Positions 36,787-49,087 of a stretch of 64,000 nucleotides of DNA are shown here, piece by piece (position 1 is the first letter of the stretch; each line of letters begins with the position of its first letter). Source of the stretch: Octopus sinensis (lineage: Eukaryota); contig NC_043018.1 of assembly GCF_006345805.1 (NCBI RefSeq), positions 5,518,001 to 5,582,000 of the forward strand. The letters are read 5' to 3'. Under the pieces are notes generated by a model. That model was not told where the DNA came from, did not search any database, and saw only the letters and a program-made list of their open reading frames with translations. A program made the translations under genes and the position numbers.

Positions 36787-37090
36787 TATTATTAGTGAAT
36801 TGAAGAAATGGAGCTGAACGAAGATTGAACAGAAATCGTTTTATTTCATTCTACACGTGTTTCGAAAGGCACAATTTACCAAAATCCGATTGAATAATGA
36901 GACCATATTGTGTCTTTCTCTTCAGGAAGAAATAGGAAATCCTATTTCTTCCTGAAGAGAAAGACACAATATGGTCTCATTATTCAATCGGATTTTGGTA
37001 AATTGTGCCTTTCGAAACACGTGTAGAATGAAATAAAACGATTTCTGTTCAATCTTCGTTCAGCTCCATTTCTTCAATTCACTAATAATA
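36787..37090. repeat. Perfect palindrome (151-bp arms, 2-nt loop) whose arms encode a hammerhead ribozyme; Penelope-like
   Basis: The arms are exact reverse complements around GGA-AA-TCC at 36935-36942; flanked by (TA)n. Confidence 0.93.
36943..37035 (+). ncRNA. Type I hammerhead ribozyme motif (mirror copy on the minus strand at about 36842-36934)
   Basis: CTGAAGA 36952-58; stem II GAAAGACACAAT/ATTGTGCCTTTC (11 of 12 paired); GAAA-C-ACGT-GTA, cleavage after 37025; stem I TATTTCTTC/GAATGAAATA (9 bp with one bulge). Confidence 0.82.
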
Positions 37091-37115
37091 TATATATTAT
37101 ATATATATATATAAT

Positions 37116-37159
<44 letters not shown>

Positions 37160-37622
37160 TTTGATGTGCAAAGAAAATGAAAAAGTCTTTTCGAGCCTAT
37201 GCTCTTCAAAAGAAAGGAATAAAAGAAAATAAATGAAGAGAGAATGAAAAAAAACTTGTAGATTTCAGTGGTCCAACATGGTGAATTATATATACAGCAA
37301 TTGGCGAATGATACACACACACACACACACACACACAATAATAATAATAATAAAAATATGAGGGAATATTATTCCAAACTTACAGGGAAAAAATTCAATT
37401 TAGAAATACTAAATCAAATTTCACAAAATATAATATATATATATAAAAACCGCTTAGAGAAAAACCGCTTTTATCAATTCAATAATGAAAAATTAAATTA
37501 TACCATTTAGAAAAATTAGATCTTATAGAAAGATTAAATATAAGATAAAACATATAATTTAATTTTTCATTATTGAATTGATAAAAGGTGTTTTTTTTCT
37601 AATTTATGTATATATATATATA

Positions 37623-39688
37623 CTAGCAGAATTGCCCGGCATTGCTCGGGGCTGAATTGCTTGAAAGTACTGTTAATGATTGCACTGAATTATGATGATT
37701 ATTCAGGCAAATATTGATATAAGTTTACGGTGGGAGATAAGGACTTAATGATCAAACGTGTGCCATTGCATTGTTTTGGGGGAACCAAATTTCTGATGAG
37801 CATTATAGGGGCACCAACTTTAAGTTTGAGAAAGTGTGGTGGTAGTCCGGGTTGCTCAAAGGAATTGAGTACCTCTATTGGATAGTTGATGACGTCCTCT
37901 GGGTCAGGAGTTGTATCGATAAACTGATATACATAGACTTCCCCAGGAATGAGTTTTAGCATTTCATCATTAATATGGTGAACAGTTTTATTCCTCAGGG
38001 CCAGTATAGCCTTTTTGCCAATCCAATCCATATTCTGATAATTAGCTTGTAGATCTGGGAACACTGCATCTCTGAGATCAGAAGGCGTCTTAACAATGGT
38101 ACAAATGGAATCGATGGCAATATTACCATTTTCATCCCTGGTATTTTGCCTTCGCCAAGTGCAAGGAGGGTGTGAGGAATGCTGCTGATGTGATATTACG
38201 TCGCATATGAGCACGCATATTGGTGTGAAGTTTGAGAGTTACTCCCTTTATTAAAAATATGCATTAAAATGGAAAAAAATGATGGTAAATTATTTGTAAA
38301 ATCGTAGACTCATCGTAGACGCGCGCTAATACCCAGAATACTCACGACTATAAGATACCTGGTTTTGGTTAAACTGCATCGCAAAATGTGGAGTAGTTAG
38401 GAATCTAAATCGGAGTAGACAGACACACAACCTTTCTTTTATATATAAATATTTTCGTCCTAAAAAACTTTGTATGGATTGAATGGTTACCTCTATGGAA
38501 ATATATACACGCACATTATACATACATGTGTGTATAGATGAATATATAAATACATTTAAATATCTATATACACTTTTGGACGATCTTTGTTTCTTAGAGA
38601 TAACTTTAAATCTTATTTTCGTCCTAAAAAACTTTGTATGGAGTGAATGGTTACCTCTATGGAAATATATACACACACATTATACATACATGTGTGCATA
38701 GATGAATATATAAATACATTTATATATCTATATACACTTTTGGGCGATCTTTGTGCTACTTAGAGATAACTTTAGATCTTATTTTCGTCCTAAAAAACTT
38801 TGTGCGGAGTGAATGGTTACGTCTATGGAAATATATACACACACATTATACATACATCTGTGTATAGATGAATATATAAATACATTTAAATATCTATATA
38901 CACTTTTGGGCGATCTTTCTGCTACTTGAATATACTTTAGATCTTATATTCGTCCTAAAAAACTTTCCTGTCACACACTCACACACACGCACACACACAC
39001 ACACACGCACCCTCACATACACACACACGCACACACACCACACACACACACACACACACGTTAGCTTACAATTTTATTTATATATTTGCGTGTCTATGTG
39101 TGTAAAGAGGAAGTGAGAATGCAGAGTGAAAGAGTGAAATGGTAAAATATTTAGTTTTCTCGATTTTTTCTGAAATGGGGGTGAAATTGAAAGAAATTTT
39201 GTATGCCATGACCGAATGGAAGTACTTTGAAAAATCATAGGTAAACTCTAATTGAAGAAATTGTGTGAGGAGTAAATCGTTATGTATTTATTTGTTTCTG
39301 TTTGCTGTGTTGTTTTTTTTTGAGTAGTGGTTTAAGGTACACTTCTCTCGTTTTATATAAATACTTTCACTTTAATCGTTGCACACTTGCAAAGAGAAAG
39401 GAGGAGAAATTAGGGTGATAGCATCAGTGAAGCAGTTCGCTCCGTTTGTGTGTGTGTGCATGTGTGTGTGCTGTAGCCCACACTAAGAAAAGCACTTCAC
39501 TTACACACCACAATGTGAGTTTTCTCGAAATTTTGCTTAATTGGGGTTGAAATTTTAAAAACTGGACCTGGCACGACCCAATGCATTCTACTCTTAAAAA
39601 TGCTAGGTAAATTGTAATTGAAGAAATCCTATATTGTAGATTTCTATAAGAGACAAAGGGAGGCAGATAAAATCTGCCTTTTATAATA

Positions 39689-39691
<3 letters not shown>
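37623..39691 (-). mobile_element. Helitron derivative with a PIF1-type helicase fragment (37699-38100) and a 165-bp tandem repeat (38456-38960)
   Basis: The ORF contains LKLKVGAPIMLIRNL..PKQCNGTRLII (Helitron helicase motif); TC 5' end at 39691; hairpin plus CTAG 3' end at 37623. Confidence 0.88.
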
Positions 39692-39745
<54 letters not shown>

Positions 39746-39780
39746 ATATATATTATATATATATATAGTCTTTAATTCTC

Positions 39781-39942
39781 TCAGAAATGAATTTCATTAA
39801 AGACATAACAGACTTTCTTGATGGCATCATCTATGTCTTCTTCGTTTATATTACAGCAAATTGCAAACCGAATATCTTTACCTAAAAGCTTACAACCCAC
39901 ACGGATTTCCTTACCCAGCTCCTTCACTTCAGCTTCAGTGGT
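39781..39942 (-). CDS. Threonine aldolase-like copy B, last exon (TTEAEVKELGKEIRVGCKLLGKDIRFAICCNINEEDIDDAIKKVCYVFNEIHF*)
   Basis: taaacag acceptor, 162 nt ending in TGA. IRF...DID.AI corresponds to the family VRFVTH.D...DI C-terminal segment. Confidence 0.88.
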   Translation of the reverse strand, partial: TTEAEVKELGKEIRVGCKLLGKDIRFAICCNINEEDIDDAIKKVCYVFNEIHF

Positions 39943-40935
39943 CTGTTTAAAAATAAGAAAATAAAATAAACAAGATAAAAAACGAAGTAAATGAATTAAA
40001 CAAAAATCAAAAGAAGTATTCTATAAAATAAAACTTGCCAGAAATTTACATTATAAGGACTTAGAAACGGTGAGAGATATGCAGACAATTGTTTTTTATA
40101 GTGGAATTTGAAGCAGATTCGAGGCAGTATGACTTCACACGACAATGCTGCTCGTAGACTGATGCCTGAGGATTACATCAAGTGGTTTCTAGTGGCAGAA
40201 ACCTGAAATACAATGACCTTATCTCATAGAGAACGTTTCTGGTTACTTTTGGGTACCTCCTCATAAAGCTATTAATAATCTCTTCTATAAGCACTTGGTC
40301 TGAAATTTTGAGAGAGGAGACAAGTAGATAATATTGTCCTAATCCTAGTGAGGTTGCTATGTAGCTTGCAAGACTAAGAACCCCAAGAGGTAACATTATA
40401 CTTGGATATGGGGAGCGGGGGGAGGAGTTGGATAAAAATATGAAAGAAGGGGCCAGAGAAGAACAGATTTCTTGCTTAGGATGAACTACAATTAGAGGTA
40501 TGTATAAATAAATAATAAATAAATAAATAAATGCCCCCTTTTAAAGCCTAGCCAGATTCATGGACCCAGTTTCCCGGTTTCTGTGGCGTATGTGTTCCCC
40601 AGCTGGACACGGGACTCCAGTCCATTGCAGAGTTACTCATTTTTGCCAGCTGAGTGGACTGGAGCAACGTGAAAGGAAGTGTTTTGCTCAAGAACACAAC
40701 GCGTCACCCGGTCCAGGAATCGAAACCACAATCTTACGATCATGCTGCTGGCACCCTAACCACTAAGCCACGCGCCTCCACATAGAGGTATGTATACATT
40801 AATATATGTACATTATACACCAGGTTATTAGTTTCCCCTAATAGTTTTCTGTCTTTATGAATATGTTATTTAAACTTGTGGCTTTAATTTCTTTAGAATG
40901 AAATGGATAAATAAATTAGAGATATACTTTCGTAC

Positions 40936-41060
40936 CATCATTAAACGTTCTTTTAAGTTAGTGATGAAAGACATTTCTTTATTGATTTTAATAAGAATAA
41001 GATTAGTTTGGACTTCCTCTGGTTCTATTGTCACCACTGAAGAAGAAAGATTTTTCAGAC
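40936..41060 (-). CDS. Threonine aldolase-like copy B, exon 8 (GLKNLSSSVVTIEPEEVQTNLILIKINKEMSFITNLKERLMM)
   Basis: V.TN motif; 125 nt, phase 1-0; tttcag/GTACG boundaries. Confidence 0.88.
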
Positions 41061-41166
41061 CTGAAACCAACAAAAATGAGAAACAATTCACGAATTAAAA
41101 TTAAATAAAAACTAATTCTTAATTAATAATAAATCTCTGAACGAGGTATAAACAGTAACTGCACGA

Positions 41167-41417
41167 CAATGTGAGGGATATTTGCTATCTCAATATGGCT
41201 AACCACTAAGGGTGGGTGTTACTGTAGCTTGTAGCCCCAGGAGAACATCGTTTCCAGCTGGCTTTAGGCACACTTTCTGTTCCCTAAGGTATTTGCAAAG
41301 GGTACAGAAAGTGTGCCTAAAGCCAGCTGGAGACGATGATCTCCTGGGGCTACAAGCTACAGTAACACCCACCCTTAGTGGTTAGCCATATTGAGATGGC
41401 AAATATCCCTCACATTG
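41167..41417. repeat. 251-bp near-perfect hairpin in copy B intron 7
   Basis: Arms of about 115 bp with few mismatches and a loop of about 20 nt. Confidence 0.9.
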
Positions 41418-42090
41418 ATTCTTAATTAAGTAATAAAAATAATTGAAATAATTAATGAAATAAATCAACCATTTAACTTTCAGATTACTTAATCAAAAGT
41501 AATGCTTATTTATTCACATTGTTTTGGATTAACCATGGAATATCTTGTAGGTTTGGGATTTTGATGAGGTGATTGTCTAGTTTTAGAATGATGCTGTAGG
41601 TTTGATATGAGAGGCAAGATCTGGCCAGCTCTTGCATAAAACAGGTGGATTATCTGGGCTGGATATGACTGGTTTATCCCTTTAGCATTCAGATTATCCT
41701 ATCAAATGTAATGTTTATTAATCTCCATCGTTTTGAATTAATCAAGCATTATAGTGTAAGTTAAAGATTTCACTGATGTGACCAAGCCAGACATCCATGC
41801 CTTATCATTCAATTGGGACACCCTGGTGGGGAAAGTTTACATTGGTCTGTGGCCAGCTGCTTGGCTTCGCTGGTTGGAGGATATCCTGATGACCAGTAAA
41901 CCATTGCAGTTGACGAAATCTACATCGTGATTACTTTTGAAAAATATTGATTTCAAATTTTGGCACAAGTCCAGCAATTCTGATGGAGCGAGGTAAGTCA
42001 ATGACACACATCCCCAGCACTCCAAAGGGATGAAAGACAAAATTAATCTTTGCAGAATTTGAAATCAAAACATAAAGACAAATGAAATGC

Positions 42091-42546
42091 TGCTAACGAT
42101 TTTGCCTGGCACCTAACGATCTTGCTTCGCATGCTAATGATCTCACCTTGCATGCTAACGATCTTGCCTTGCATGTTAACGATCTTGACTTGCATGCTAA
42201 CGATCTTGCCTCGCATGCTAATGATCTTGCCTTTCATGTTTATGATCTTGCCTTGCATGCTAACGATCTTGCCTCGCATGCTAATGATCTTGCCTCACTT
42301 GCTAATGATCTTGCCTTGCATGCTAACGATCTTGCTTTGCATGCTAAAGATCTTGCCTCACATGCTAATGATCTTGCCTCACATGCTAATGATCTTGCCT
42401 CGCATGTTAACGATCTTGACTCACATGCTAATGATCTTGCCTCGCATGCTAACGATCTTGCCTCGCATGCTAACGATCCTGCCTTGCATGCTAATGATCT
42501 TGCCTTGCCTGCTAACGATCTTGCCTCGCATGCTAACGATCTTGCC
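42091..42546 (+). repeat. 21-bp minisatellite (TGCTAACGATCTTGCCTCGCA), about 22 copies
   Basis: Direct periodicity; it expands the 3' tail of the preceding SINE-like element. Confidence 0.93.
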
Positions 42547-42717
42547 AGTTCACCTCCTTACATTTGTTTCCTGGACCACCACCACCGCCAAAACCACTGC
42601 CTAAACCACCACCAAAATCACCACCACCACCACCACCACCACCACCAAACCACCACCACCACCACCACCACCACCAGCAACAACAACAACATGAACAGCA
42701 ACAACAACAGCAAGTGA

Positions 42718-43075
42718 GGCGCAATGGCCCAGTGGTTAGGGCAGCGGACTTGTGGTTGGAGGATCGCGGTTTCAATTCCCAGACCGGATGTTGTGTGTGT
42801 TTAGTGAGCGAAAACACCTAAAGCTCCACGAGGCTCCGGCAGGGGTTGGTGGCGACCCCTGCTGTACATTCGCTCCAACTTTCTCTCACTCTTTCTTCCT
42901 GTTTCTTGTCCCCGACTTCATACGCAACCGCTGAGCCTGGATGCGCATTCATCCATCCGTCGATGCTCTCGGTGTCGACGGTTGACCTGCTTTCTCTTCT
43001 GCGGGTCTTACGAATAGCAAAGGACCACGTTTCGGACTTCTCCCATCTTGCGAGCTTTGAGACGAAGACCGTTCG
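42718..43075 (+). mobile_element. tRNA-derived SINE, family 2
   Basis: Head GGCGCAATGGCCCAGTGGTTAGGGCAGCGGAC...GGTTTCAATTCCC; minus-strand copies at about 3375-3752, 35612-35975 and 57415-57700. Confidence 0.8.
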
Positions 43076-43115
43076 CTCAACAGCAACAGTAACAACAACA
43101 ACATCAACAATAACC

Positions 43116-43154
<39 letters not shown>

Positions 43155-43184
43155 GCAAAACAAATGACAACGGGGTGTATTTAC

Positions 43185-43321
43185 CATTGACCAGTCTCTT
43201 TGCAAGAATATGGTCCTTCTGAATGTTTCCTTCCGGTCTCTCTAAACCACATAATGCTGCAGCTGCCTCTATCCCCAGTTTAAAGACATCACCCCCAAGG
43301 GCTGCACGACATAGTGTGGCT
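43185..43321 (-). CDS. Threonine aldolase-like copy B, exon 7 (RATLCRAALGGDVFKLGIEAAAALCGLERPEGNIQKDHILAKRLVN)
   Basis: 137 nt, phase 2-1, joins in frame to exons 6 and 8. Aligns to the family R..RK.LGGGMRQ.G.LAAA...DH..A helix region. taaccag/GTAAAT boundaries. Confidence 0.88.
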
Positions 43322-44032
43322 CTGGTTATAAGAAAAAAAATAATTATAATTAATCGCAATTTCACTTATGTCCACCGAATAATTAAATGTCAGTTTTAAT
43401 TGTGGGTTGTATCGTTATTGGTTTGGTTTAACGAATCTAGAAAATTAACCATTAATTAGCAATTATCCCTCCAATGCTTTGGCTGTGGGTATATCACAGA
43501 AATTCAATTTGCAGACAAGGTGGGGCTTTGTGTGTATTTCTTAGCTAAACCCTTCATTTCATTCTGTTCTAATTCGTTTAGTGAAATTTCATGGTCTAGT
43601 GGTTAGGGTGTTGTACTCATGGTAGCAAGATTGCAGTTTCGATTCCCAGACCAGGGGGTTTGTTGTGTCCTTGAGCAAAACACTTCATTTCACGTTGTTC
43701 CCGTGGCCCTGTGATGGACTGGCAACCCATTTCAAGGGCAATGCTTGGGCCTCGGTCACTTATGTGCCATGGAAAGCTGGGATCTGGCCTGGTGGGTCCT
43801 ACAACTCAAGACAGTAACATCCAAGGATTGATGATGTTGATGATGATGATGATGCTGATGCTGATGATGAGTGGTAATGATGATATATGATGATGATGCC
43901 TATGATGAATGATGAATGATGCCGATGATGAATGATGCTGATGATGAATGATGAATGATGCCGATGATGAATGATGAATGATGCCGATGATGAATGATGA
44001 TGATAATGCATGATGAATGATAATGATGATGG

Positions 44033-44065
<33 letters not shown>

Positions 44066-45833
44066 GATATGAGATGACATGTACAGTTATTTGCTTATGT
44101 GCAGATGCATTCCTATGCAAAACATTTGTACATCACTGTGAGTAACCATCATTCAAATGTTACAATGACTCCATAAATGACCCCCCTCCATGATAATCCC
44201 CTTAATTTCTCCCTAATGACCCCCTAACCAAATGCACACCATTTCTTCAGAATGTAACATGTCATTTCCTATATTCTCTAAAAATATGCGGTCAGTGTTC
44301 TTAAATTGGAATAAAATAAATTTCTTCTTTTACCATATTTTCTAATTTCTTACTTCAAGGCATGGCAGTGTGATTAAGAAGCTTGCTTTCCTACCATGAT
44401 GGACTCGACTATCAGACCACATATTAATCCAATACAGAAGAGTATAATGTAGAGTAGTGTCTCTGCAGCTGGAATCCAGAAAATCTGATCAACGAAATCA
44501 TTCTATGAGGTGTATATAGATCTGTGGTTGTCAACCAGGTTCTATATGGACCCTCAGGGGCCATATAAGTTTTTGGGGGTCCACACAACAAAATAGTAAA
44601 TTGAGGATCCACAATAGTATTTTAAGGGTCCCTGAAAAAAATTTGCTTTAGATGTATGTATTGGAAGAAACAGCTGGATTTCTTTCTCTAACATTTGACA
44701 TAGTTCAACCTAAACAAGTTAATGTGTGAATAACAAATAGGAATTTTGAAAGAATTTTCTATAAAACTAGTTTTAAACATTGAATGGCTAATAAAATAGT
44801 TATCAAATAGTTATCAAATAGTTATAAAATAGTTTATAGATAAAAAATGGCTGGGAGCCCCTGCTTTAGATGTATGTATTGGTATGTATTGCAAGAAACA
44901 GCTTGGTTTCTTTCTCAAACATTTTACATGGTTCAACCTACACAAGAGAACATCTGAAAAACAAAATAGGAATTTTGAAAGAAGTTTCTATAAAACTAGT
45001 TTTTAAACATTGAATGACTATGGGAGTCCACCAGAATAAAATAGTAATTAACCCTTTTGTTACCGTATTTATTTTGAGATGCTCTGTGCTTTTTTCAATA
45101 ATTTAAATGTAACAAAGAATTTAGTAAAATAACTTAGTTATCATTCAGCTAGTGTTAGGAACATAAATTGTGACTAAGGTTTGGTGGAAGATTTTAATTT
45201 ACACCTTGTAAAAACAAGACATTTGTACTACAGAGCCAGAGGCAGTTTTGGCTGTGTTGGTATCAAAAGGGGTCCATAGATAAAAAATGTTTGAGAACTC
45301 TTGGTATAGACCATTAAATGCCAGGAGATATGAGGGGTGAATACATTTATTTAATCATTGGTCGTCTTTAGGAATGGATGGAAGAAGTTGAAGGCTACCT
45401 GTGAGATACAAACCCACATCTTCTGCAAGCATCACAGAGGTTCTACTATTGGAAGCCTTCGAACAGTATTTGAATTTTTGAAACATGAGTGGTTGGTGTT
45501 AGGAAAGGCATCCATCTGTAAAATTCCTGCTAAAATAGCTAAAATAGTCACAGAAGTCTGGTGCGGGCTTCTGCCTGGCTGACTCCTGTCAAACTGCCCC
45601 AACCATGCCAGCATGAAAGGCAGGTGTTAAATGATGATGATGATGGTGATGTTACAATATGAAATAAATAGGTGCAGGTGTGGCTGTGTGGTAAGTAGCT
45701 TGCTTCCTAACCACATGGTTCTGGGTTCAGTCCCACTGCATGGCATCTTGGGCAAGTGTCTTCTACTATAGCCTTGGGCCGACCAGACCCTTGTAAGTGG
45801 ATTTGGTAGATAGAAACTGAAAGAAGCCCATCT

Positions 45834-45885
<52 letters not shown>

Positions 45886-45980
45886 TAATCCAAACGGGAA
45901 AACAGAAAAAACAACAACACGTGGAACAATTACAGTATTATTATTATTAGGCGCTCAGGAAAATGGAAGAAGGAGGGTAT

Positions 45981-46007
45981 GACGTTTCGAGCGGAGCTCT
46001 TCGTCGG
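45981..46007 (-). ncRNA. Minimal hammerhead-like motif of Penelope type (CCGACGAA-GAGC-TCC-GCTC-GAAAC-GTC), core variant
   Basis: Four-bp stem II and GAAACGTC are present; U4 is replaced by C and there is an extra A after the core. Confidence 0.45.
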
Positions 46008-46189
46008 AAACAGAAAGAGAAGAAAGAAAGATCCCGAGACGGGAGGACAGAGGAAAAAAATTGCAGGTCGTCTTCACGAGGTCACATACTGAAAAGACGG
46101 AAGTAGTAAAAAAGGAGGAAAATGTTTTTTTAAAAACAGGAGCTGAATCAATGAGGGAATGGTAAAAGAGGTGTTGCGAGATGACGGTG

Positions 46190-47359
46190 TGTGGTGTGTG
46201 TATGGTGGACAATGGTAGTAGCAAGCAGTAGTAGAATTAAGGAGTGGTGTGGGGGTACCCTAGCAAGTCAGAAAGGCAGATCAGAAGCAGGGAGGTATGT
46301 GTGTGTGCGTGTGTGTGTATGTGTGAGTGTGTGCGGTGTGTGTATGTGTGTGTATGGTAGACAATGGCTAGTAGCGGGCAGTATAGTAGAATTAAAGGAG
46401 TGGTGTGGGGGGGTACCCTAGCAAGTCGGAAAGGCAGATCAGAAACAGGGAGGTATGTGTGTGTGCGTGTGTATGTATGTGTGAGTGTGTGCGGTGCGTG
46501 TGTGTATGTGTGTGTGAGGCGTGATAAAAAAACAGAAAATATGTATATGTTAGTGCGTGCGTGGCGGGAAGGGTGGGGGCGTATGTAACGTGCCAGTGTG
46601 TGTGTTGAGTGGTAGTGTGTGTATATGTCCAGCGTGCGTAGTTGTGTGTGGCAAGTAAATTTGAAGTGTGTGTAAGTGTAATGTGTATATATATGCAAAT
46701 GTGTGTGTGTGAGTGGGTGTGTGTATGTGTGTGCGTGTGTGTACAAAAGGGGGGGGGTTAAGAGAAAAAGAACTGCAGCGAAGGGGGGGGAGAGGAGGGG
46801 GAAGATGGAAGAGTGGTCCCGCGGCGACAGGCGTGGGAGAACCCAAAGACAACGCGCCGGCCCCAGATACGGACAGGAGATCCGGTCGGTCAACCATGAG
46901 CATGGTGCAAGCGTGCATGTATGCGTGCGCGAACGCGCACAAGCGAGCATGTGCGCGCGCCTGCGATTGCGTGTGTGAGTATGTATGTGTGTGGATGTGT
47001 GAGTGTGTCTGTGTGTAAGTCTGAGTGTCAGTGTGTCCGATGAATGTATGTAAGTAGGTGTGTGTATATTGTGTGTATAGATGTATGTCTGTGTGTGTGT
47101 GGTGTATGAGTGTGTATGTATGTACGTGGGTGTGTGTGTGGAAGTGTGTGTATGTGCATGTGTGTGCGCGTACATGCAGGTGTGTGAGTGAATGTGTGTG
47201 AGTATGTGTGTGTGAGGTGTATGTCTGGGTGTGTAGGATGCATGTATGTGTATGGGTGATGTAGTGTGTGTGTGTTGTAGTGTACGTGCGGTGTGTTGTG
47301 TGGGCATGTATGCGTACATGTGTGTAGGTGTGCGCGTGTGCGTGCATGCATGCGTGTGC

Positions 47360-47401
<42 letters not shown>

Positions 47402-49080
47402 TATATATGTATGTGCGTATATGTGTGTGTATGTGCGTACATGTGTGTGTGTAGGATGTGTGTGCATGTAGGTTTGTAGGGTGTGTGTATAGGTGTATGT
47501 ATGTAAGTAGTATGGGTGTGTCCGTGTATGTGTGTGTATGCATGTGTGTGTATGTAGGTGTGTAGGCGTGTGTGTGTGGTGCGTGTATGTGTGCGTGTAT
47601 ATGTTGGTGTGTGTGTATGTGAGTGTGAGTGTATGGGGTTTGTCATGCATGTGTTTGTGCGCGTGAGGCGAGTGTGTGTGTGTAAGTATGTGTGTGTGTA
47701 TGTATGTGTGAGTGTGTATGTGTGTATGTCGTGTGTATGTAGTACGTATAGGAGTATGGAAGATGTGTGTGTATGTGTGTGGGTGTATGTATGTCTGTGT
47801 GGGTGTGGTGGGTAGTGTGTAAGTATATGTTGTGTGTGTATGTATGTGTATGTGTGTGTGTGGTGTGTTTATGTATGTGTTTATATATGTGTGTAGGCGT
47901 GTGTGATAGGTATATGCATGTATGGGTGTGTGTCTGTGAGTGTTTGTGTGTGAGTGTAGGTATGTGTATGTATGGTGAAGGTATGCTGTAGGTGTGTGTG
48001 TGTGTGTGTGTATGTGTGCGGGTGTTATGTGTGGTGGTGGTATGCGTGTGAGTGTATGTCTGTGTGTGTGTATGTCTGAAGTAGGTATGTGTGTGTATGT
48101 TATGTGTGAGGTGTGTGTGTGTATGAATGTAAGTGTGTGTGTGTACAAGTGTAATGTATGTATGTGTGCGTGTGCGTGTGTATGTGTGTGTGTGGTGTAT
48201 GCGTGTGGATGTGAGTGTATGGGTGTATGTATGTGTGTGTGTATGTTGAAGGTATGGTGTGTGTTGTGTGTGTGGTGTATGTATGTGTGAGTGTGTATGT
48301 GTGTATGTCTGTGTGTATGTATGTACGTATAGGAGTATGTAAGTATGTGTGTGTGTAGTGTGTGGGTGTATATGTATGTGTGTGTGTGTGTGTGCATGTG
48401 TGTAAGTATAGTGGTGTGTGTATGTATGTGTATGTGTGTGTGCTGTGTGTGTTTATGTATGTGTTATATATGTGTGTAGGCGTGTGTGTATAGGTATATG
48501 CATGTATGGGTGTGTTGTCTGTGAGTGTTGTGTGTGAGTGTAGGTATGTGTGTATGTATGAGTGAAGGTATGCTGTGTAGGTGTGGTGTGTGTTGTGTGT
48601 ATGTGTGCGTGTGCGTGTGTATGTGTGTGTGTGTGTATGCGTGTGAGTGTATGTCTGTGTGTGTGTATGTCTGAAGTAGGTATGTGTGTGTATGTATGTG
48701 TGAGGTGTGGTGTGTATGAATTGTAAGTGTGTGTGTGTACAAGTGTAATGTATGTATGTGTGCGTGTGTGGTGTGTATGTGTGTGTGTGTGTGTATGCGT
48801 GTGGATGTGAGTGTATGGGTGTATGTATGTGTGTGTGTATGCTATGAAGTAGGTATGTGTGTGTGTGTGTGTATGTCTGAAGTAGGTATGTGTGTGTATG
48901 TAGGTGGGTGTGTGCGCAGGTATGTGTGTGTGTGTATGTGTGTGTGTAAGTGTGGTGTGAGTAGTGTGTGGCGTGTATGTGTGTGGTAGGGATGCATGCG
49001 TGTGTGTGGGTATGTATACATACGCACGCACACAACCGAAGCACGCCCACACACACGAAGTGCGCTGGCACACACAACAC
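46190..49080. repeat. ~2.9 kb degenerate (TG)n low-complexity tract with internal duplications and one GC-rich island (46745-46975)
   Basis: Direct reading; source of the long His/Thr and Val/Cys ORFs. Confidence 0.92.
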
Positions 49081-49087
49081 ACAAATA

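Noticed and set aside
29221-37340. Tyr/Ile- and Val/Cys-rich ORFs here and elsewhere in the window
   Set aside because: Products of (TA)n and (TG)n microsatellites.
37699-38214. Host PIF1 helicase gene
   Set aside because: An isolated intronless fragment bounded by Helitron termini; no other helicase exons nearby.
40165-40215. Possible hammerhead (CTGAGGA...GAAACC)
   Set aside because: Stem II cannot close next to the core, and no NUH site with stems I and III follows.
41240-41345. 15-nt similarity between the hairpin (GAGAACATCGT.TCC) and copy A exon 1 (about 21886-21900), suggesting a targeting small RNA
   Set aside because: Too short to distinguish from chance.
42718-42790. tRNA gene (also the heads at about 1650, 3750, 35970, 57690 and 63390)
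   Set aside because: tRNA-like A/B boxes continue into a shared SINE body; no complete cloverleaf is evident.
42122-42821. HANDLAS-repeat, Pro-rich and poly-Gln ORFs as real genes
   Set aside because: They arise from a 21-bp minisatellite plus (CAC)n/(CAA)n runs and a SINE.
46237-49084. Long His/Thr-rich ORFs (469, 615 and 326 aa)
   Set aside because: Translations of a degenerate (TG/CA)n tract; no splice or domain evidence.
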